Below are positions 58,678 through 64,000 of a stretch of DNA of 64,000 nucleotides, one piece after another. The notes below the pieces were generated by a model. The model ran no database searches, was not told the DNA's origin, and saw nothing but the letters and a program-made list of their open reading frames with translations. Numbering within the stretch: the first letter of the stretch is position 1; the number at the start of each line of letters is the position of its first letter. The stretch lies in the IMG/VR virus record IMGVR_UViG_3300031576_000002, positions 124,001-188,000 of that record; one strand, written 5' to 3'. Both the position numbers and the translations under genes were made by a program.

Positions 58678-59246
58678 ACTCTTGCCCCATCCGCGCTATA
58701 CCCCCGCCCATGAACCGCGACTGAGAAATAGGTTCCATCATCCGCACGGAACTCAGCTCGTTCCGTGCTGGGATTGTCTGAGAGGATCTGCTGAAGCAGC
58801 GACACCGCGAGCATCTGAGCATTGCGCTGGTCCACCCGAACCATGATGTTATTGGGGCCTTTCCTATCCTTCCACTGCACGATCTCCAGCTTGAGGACCG
58901 GCTTCGGCATGGGCTCGGTAGAGGCGCGCTTCGGCTTTTCCGAGGACTTGCAACTGCGCACCGGCAAAGCGCGGCCGTCGTAGGAGTGGCCCTGGTCGAA
59001 GAAGCCGGAGTAGCCAAAGCTGAGGCCGACGTAAGCCGCCTCCGAGCCGCGCGATTCGGAGGTCCAAACCCACACTGGTTGTGGATTGGTTCTGGCGATC
59101 TCTTTCGCCTCAGCAATAGTAGGAAGACGCCAATCAGTATGACCGCCTTCTCGGTAGTCCTTGGCGTATTCCGCCGCCTGCTTCCAAGTCAGATAGACGC
59201 TCGTCGTGGGCGCTACCTGCAATTCAGCCTTTGCTCGCTTAGTCAT
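58674..59246 (-). CDS. DUF1566 domain protein with C-terminal extension (tandem paralog)
   Basis: LTWKQAAEYA....GGHTDWRLPTIAE..WVWTSE..ALPVR. Confidence 0.85.
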   Translation of the reverse strand: MTKRAKAELQVAPTTSVYLTWKQAAEYAKDYREGGHTDWRLPTIAEAKEIARTNPQPVWVWTSESRGSEAAYVGLSFGYSGFFDQGHSYDGRALPVRSCKSSEKPKRASTEPMPKPVLKLEIVQWKDRKGPNNIMVRVDQRNAQMLAVSLLQQILSDNPSTERAEFRADDGTYFSVAVHGRGYSADGARV

Positions 59247-59287
59247 CTCAATCCTTCCAGTTGCAGTCGAACACGGATCTGCCCTTT

Positions 59288-59732
59288 TTACACCTGAACT
59301 TCTTGCAAAGAATCGGGCGGACCAGAAGGATCAAGTGCAGGATCGAGCGCCAGCACGATGTCGCCATCCTTGATCGGGATTGAAGCTCGCCCCCCAACCA
59401 CCGGCTCCGCCACCGACGCGATCTCATTGTTCCGCATGTTGCTCAGCAGGATCGAGTCCTCGGGGCGGGCATCCTGCTCGACCTGCTGGAGCGTCCGTAC
59501 CCGACACCCGATAAAGTACCGCGGGCTCCGCGCGCGGCTCGAAGTCCTCTGGCCCTCTTGCCCTCGTGGTGAACTGGAAGCAGTAGGGAGTGGCTCCGTA
59601 GCGCTCGACAATCCCACGGGCCATATGACGAGCTGAATCGACATCCCACTGATCGATCTCGCGAGACGTCTCCTCCGCGAAGAGGGCGCCGGGGCTGTAG
59701 AACGTGACAAAGTGCTTTGTAGGGCTAGACAT
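59288..59732 (-). pseudogene. Conserved phage hypothetical gene frameshifted in a (CG)4 tract near 59530-59538
   Basis: KHFVTFYSPG..WDVD.A...ERYGATPY.FQFTTR in one frame; SPRYFIG..VRTL..ILLSNMRNN..DIVL in the +1 frame. Confidence 0.65.
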
Positions 59733-59754
59733 TGAAGTCTCCTTGGCTCGAACT

Positions 59755-59762
59755 TACTATAC
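59755..59762 (-). promoter_or_regulatory. GTATAGTA box
   Basis: Followed by AAGGAG SD and ATG 59732. Confidence 0.65.
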
Positions 59763-59919
59763 CGGCGCGATCTTATTTTTACACATCTGTCTTTCAGAAG
59801 ACTTGAAGGAGCGCAGAAGTGAGCCCCGGTCGCGGCCCGTTCAACAACACTCACTTGTCGGCTGCGCCACTATCCACCAGTGCCGCAATTCACCGGTTAT
59901 CGGAAACTCATGGCGAAAC

Positions 59920-60848
59920 CTATCCGCGCTCCTTCAAATCCTCTGTGTAGCCTGGAATCGGATTCTCTTCCCGCCACGCGACCAATTCGACGTATGGGGG
60001 CTTAACATCGCTCCAAACCGCGTTTAGCCGCAGTTCAACCGTTTCTTTTATCGCAGCTTCAAAAAATTGGAGCGTAGTATCCCGGGCTGCGGGAAACTCC
60101 TTTCGCGCAATCCGCTCAAATCTCACCCAGCCAAAACTAAGATCTGAGCAGCGATGAATGAAATGCCCCCGCTCAAACTGCGCCCCGTAGTAACTCGGGG
60201 CGCCATCCTTCTCAGGATCGTAGGGGCGCGTCAGGATCCTTTCGTCCTCGATCATATCGTTGAGCACGTCAGAATAGGCCGCGCTCACGCCGCAGCCAGA
60301 GCACTTGAGGAAGATGCGCCAGTGATCGCCTTTGGCCAGCATCAGGACTCCTTGAGTGGAAACAACTTCTCCCACTCTGCCCCCGAGCACTCTTTGCAGG
60401 TACGGATGCAACCGTCGGGGTGGTCAGCCCGCAATCCGGCTCGGCGGAACCAGTCGCCACAGTAGAAGCGGTGGAGAAATCCCAACGCAACGACGACTTT
60501 CTCCAATCGGTCGATGCGATCTTCAATCTTCATAGGACTTCCCCTTCCTACTACCCGCGCTAACTACTATACAACTCGATTCTTATTTTTACGCACGGGC
60601 TTGCAATTCTTTTTTGGGATCGTCCTCGCTGCCATGTGGCCGCCCGGAAGCGTACCCACGTAGTACAGCAGCTCCACCTCCGCCATGACAATCTGGAGTC
60701 GCAAGCGATTCTCTGCTTCCGCCTTGGTACTGCCAGAACTGCTGATAATGCCCTCTCCCGTTTCTGCTACGGTGAGCGCCGCGTTCCACCGGAAGGCCGC
60801 TGCGGGGGGTTCCCCCGTCTTCCACGTTTCAACTTGAAAGAGTGGCAT
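59920..60848 (-). other. Hypothetical CDS (59920-60411 region, 60342-60533, 60567-60848)
   Basis: Co-oriented ORFs with CxxC motifs. Confidence 0.5.
60565..60572 (-). promoter_or_regulatory. GTATAGTA box
   Basis: Upstream of ATG 60533; shares TAAAAATAAGA-N9 with the 59755 site. Confidence 0.6.
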
Positions 60849-61668
60849 TCGCGCCTCCGCCTTTGTTAGTTACGATCACGCTGTAGGTTCCAGTTCCGAT
60901 CGCCTGCGGTCGCGTCTCTACCTTGCACGCTTCGCTCTTCTCCAACGTATAAACCGCAAGCTTGCGCTGCTCGTCCGTCCAGTAGTGGAAGCGGACATTC
61001 ATAAAGTTCCGGTAGAACGGCCCCAGGTAGACTTCCTTGCCGTACTCTTGCGTAGCTCGCTGCACGAGCTTCAAACATTCCGCCTGGCTCTCGGGACTGG
61101 TGGGATCCAGCAGCGGCGAACCTGGCAGCGGAATCTCGGCGGGTGCGACACCTGCAACCCGCACAGCGGTCTTCGCTTTGACCCGCTCCGTCACGTCAAA
61201 GAAATCCCAGCAGTTCTCCTCGCCGACCAAGTTGAGAAGATCCGTGGACAGCGTGTCTTGTCCCGCGACCACGATCAGGCTCAGCCCCGCTTCCAAAATC
61301 CTACGAGCCAGCGGCATGTAGTCGCGGTCCCCGCCCACGATCACGAACTGATCGCAGAGTCCAGCTCGCAGCGAATCTTGCGCGTCCAGCGATAGCTCGA
61401 TGTCGGCACTCGACTTGCCCCGCTTCGCCTGCACGTAGATCGGCGTCACGCCAATGGTTTGGAGCGCACCTTGCGCTCCTACCATGCCCACGTCCTCCCA
61501 GTCAGCGTACGCTCTCCTCAGCACCACCTTCTCTACCTCTCCCGTCAGAGTACGGAGCAGCTTTCGGATCTGCTCAATCGTGTAGCCTCCAGGTTGCGGT
61601 AGCTGCGCGCGTAGGTTCTGCACTGCCCGAAGTACATTCTCGTAGTCGATGTAAACCGCAGTACGCAT
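60829..61668 (-). CDS. NYN (LabA/DUF88) PIN-fold nuclease with C-terminal extension
   Basis: AVYIDYEN, RAYADW, KSSADIELSLD, IVGGDRDYMPL. Confidence 0.92.
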   Translation of the reverse strand: MRTAVYIDYENVLRAVQNLRAQLPQPGGYTIEQIRKLLRTLTGEVEKVVLRRAYADWEDVGMVGAQGALQTIGVTPIYVQAKRGKSSADIELSLDAQDSLRAGLCDQFVIVGGDRDYMPLARRILEAGLSLIVVAGQDTLSTDLLNLVGEENCWDFFDVTERVKAKTAVRVAGVAPAEIPLPGSPLLDPTSPESQAECLKLVQRATQEYGKEVYLGPFYRNFMNVRFHYWTDEQRKLAVYTLEKSEACKVETRPQAIGTGTYSVIVTNKGGGANATLSS

Positions 61669-61669
61669 A

Positions 61670-63620
61670 TTAGACACCCCTCTTGGCTTGAGCCTCGCAC
61701 TCGTCGAGTGCATCAATCACGTCGATCCAGGCTGTCGCGTTCTCGTTCTCGACCTCCTCCAGCTCCTTCCTCCAGTCCGGGTTGCGTTGGTCAAGCGTCT
61801 CCAGCAGGACTCTGGCCGCTTCCACCAGCCGGTCGCAGGGAGACGGTTCCTTCTGGGGCTCAACAATCGACGGCAATGGCGTCGATTTTGGGCCGTAGAC
61901 TGCTTTCTGCGGCTGGGCCGGACTACGACGGCCACTTCGCGGTGACTGCCTCCCCAGGGCCTGGCCTGGCCGCACTTTCGCCTCTGCACGCTTCTTGGTC
62001 ATTTCTTGCCTCGTTTTATTTTGGCTAGGGTGGTACCAACACTTTTTCGTGCCCATCCCGTCCGTTCCGCGATCTGCTGAATCTTCAATCCTTCTGCTTT
62101 CAGTTTCTTCAGCTTCTCGATTTCCACAATGCGGCGGTGCGGTTCAACGCCGAGCTGGGGTAGCCGCTCACGGATCGCGGAAATCTGCGATCCGTCCATG
62201 CACGCAGTCTTGAGGAGGGAGAGACCCGCTCTATGCAACTTCAGAATTTCTTCGTCTGGCAGCATTCTTAGTCTTTCTCTCGCACGCACCCTGTCGCGCA
62301 TCAACCGCTTTCAGAATCAACACAAAACGGTCTGAATCATCTTTTCCTCGCCACCGTGTACACCAGCGGCGATAAGCTCCTGTGACCAGCGCCATATCCT
62401 CTAGCATTCCACAGACTCTGAGATCTTCAAGTGCTTCTGGCATCAGAGATGTTACAACTTCTTTTTGGCGTAGATAGGTCTTCCGGACCTCGCTCAACTT
62501 TCGCGGGGCTCTCTTTTTAGCTGGGCGCTTTGTTGCCATTACTCACGCCCCTTAATCAACTTCTTGAGCTTGGACAGCGTCCGTTCCAGCCGCTCCATTC
62601 GGTGCTCGACCAGGTGACTCTTCATCATCGCACCGACTAGCGTGTCGTTCCCCTGAGCGCTGTCAATCGTGTACCCACAGTAGCGACAGCGCAGCCAGAA
62701 CTTCTCTGCACTCCCCCCGTCTTGAACCACGTTTCGGTCGGGAGAGGAGTCGTGCGTTTCGTACCGCCAGCGGAAATCTACATAGCCCGCTCCGACGCGG
62801 AACTCATAGGCACAGGGAGAACTCGTCAAATGCTCCAGCACTTTCCGATCCGTCAGCGGTAGCCGCGCCCAAACTTTCTCACCGGGGTCGAGGAACTTCG
62901 TAGACTTGGAATCTTGCCGAAGCGCTGCGCGGATTGCTACGTCGCACGCAATCGCATACTTCTCTGTCGCGTGCCTGGACTCGGCAGGTAGCTCGACTTT
63001 GAGGATTTTTTCAGCCACGGTCGAGTACCTGGTCGATGAGCGCGTGAAGCTGCTCTCGCAGCAGAGCACGCTGAACCGGATCTTTCAAGGCAGCGTCTGG
63101 AATTTCGGCGCGGAACTTGAGCACTCGCCCCGTACCTAGAAAGAGAGATCCGTCCCATCCGTGGGAGAACGCTTTGGGAACTGGCACATCTTCTACCCGA
63201 GCCGGCGATTCCATGTCAATCCTCCAATCTGATCTTGGGCAGCGGATCCGGCGCAGTCTTCATCGGCGTGTCAAAGCAGACTTTCACTCCACCTTCGGGG
63301 TGTTCCTTCCAGCTAACGGCGTGCCGAATCACCTGGAGTAGGTCGTAGGAGCGTTTCGCCTCCACGGCGAGAGCAGACTCCGTACACCCCAAGGAGCCGC
63401 TGTCCAGCCCGTACAGGACCTTCCTCAAAAGAGCGAACGCCTCGTTCACCTCCCACGAGTACATCTTATCCAGGTCCGGCCACTGTCCATTCGACATGGG
63501 ACGGTTAGAACGGATATATCTGATCTCGACTAGCTGCCCCATGTGAATGCGGCCGTGCAGGTCCAGCGCATTCAACAGTGCGTCTACCTGCTCTCGCGTG
63601 AGTTCCAGAGTGATCTTCAT
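61670..63620 (-). other. Hypothetical CDS run (61670-62022, HTH protein 61999-62304, 62231-62539, 62539-63069, 63216-63620)
   Basis: HTH LKIQQIAERTGWARKSV; 63620 is a leaderless start. Confidence 0.55.
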
Positions 63621-63625
63621 AATTG

Positions 63626-63633
63626 TACTATAC
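63626..63633 (-). promoter_or_regulatory. GTATAGTA box, leaderless
   Basis: TATAGT 6 nt before ATG 63620. Confidence 0.65.
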
Positions 63634-63656
63634 AACCCGCGTCAGAATTTTTCCCA

Positions 63657-63854
63657 CTACCCGCCTTCCAGCTCGCGCTCCTCGGCCAGCCATCCGGGAA
63701 TCGTAACTGACTCTCCGTCGCGGTCTACGATCTGGGAGAGTGGAATCCAGACCTGACGGCCGTCCTGCTCAACTAGCAGGGCTCGATCCGTCTCGCGAAC
63801 GATTCGTACTTCGCAGCGCACGCTGGCGTCATCTTCAAATCCATTGAATCTCAT
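63657..63854 (-). CDS. Small conserved phage protein
   Basis: ETDRALLV..VWIPLSQI..IPGWLAEE. Confidence 0.75.
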   Translation of the reverse strand: MRFNGFEDDASVRCEVRIVRETDRALLVEQDGRQVWIPLSQIVDRDGESVTIPGWLAEERELEGG

Positions 63855-64000
63855 TTGGGCACCTCCTTGTGGAGCATGTCTGCGGCTCTTACGCGCTTCT
63901 TGGCAATCTTGGCGTAGCTCTCATCCTGCTCGATGCCATAGTACCGGAAGCCTTCCAAGAGAGCTGCTACTCCAATCGAACCTGAACCTGCGAACGGATC
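63851..64000 (-). CDS. N4/N6 DNA methyltransferase, 3' end (runs off window end)
   Basis: Manual translation DPFAGSGSIGVAALLEGFRYYGIEQDESYAKIAKKR (motif I near C-terminus, beta class). Confidence 0.9.
   Translation of the reverse strand, partial: DPFAGSGSIGVAALLEGFRYYGIEQDESYAKIAKKRVRAADMLHKEVPK

Noticed and set aside
1-64000. CRISPR array, rRNA, DGR, integrase, structural genes
   Set aside because: No regularly spaced repeats, rRNA signatures, reverse transcriptase or recognisable capsid/tail genes were seen.
1-64000. Stop-codon reassignment as the cause of broken genes
   Set aside because: Intact genes end in TAA, TGA and TAG with coupled neighbours; the breaks are frame changes, not in-frame stops.

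Overview
This is a 64-kb segment of a large (jumbo-type) dsDNA phage genome read with genetic code 11, with almost every gene on the minus strand. From left to right it has five parts. (1) A DUF4214-like gene, a DnaG core primase and an AAA_33 kinase. (2) A nine-gene glycan-modification cluster (2.3-10.9 kb): glycosyltransferases, methyltransferases and a pyruvyltransferase. (3) An effector-like block (11-28 kb): Nudix, GH-A hydrolase, three copies of a GNAT-like module, an ART-like gene, two nucleotidyltransferases, a PIN-like protein, a YunG/DUF3293 fusion and an AT-hook nucleoid protein. Several of these share a short L-R-x-A-I-x-L-L-G peptide. (4) tRNA-Lys(UUU). (5) About 35 kb of small accessory genes, including an ABC-type ATPase, a DHH phosphoesterase, DUF4419, Thg1, two DUF1566 proteins, an NYN nuclease and the 3' end of a DNA methyltransferase. 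The mobile DNA is the most unusual part. Two 1226-bp tnpB-only elements are bounded by 17-20-bp terminal inverted repeats and 10-bp target-site duplications, which are DDE/IS4-like ends rather than IS200/IS605 ends. A third tnpB element has conventional ends. Two HNH genes are each followed by a displaced second copy of the upstream gene's 3' end, and a third HNH splits a gene inside a conserved motif. Several genes are frameshifted or truncated, and a GTATAGTA promoter-like box recurs at least eight times. All family assignments are by motif recognition from memory; no database searches were run.
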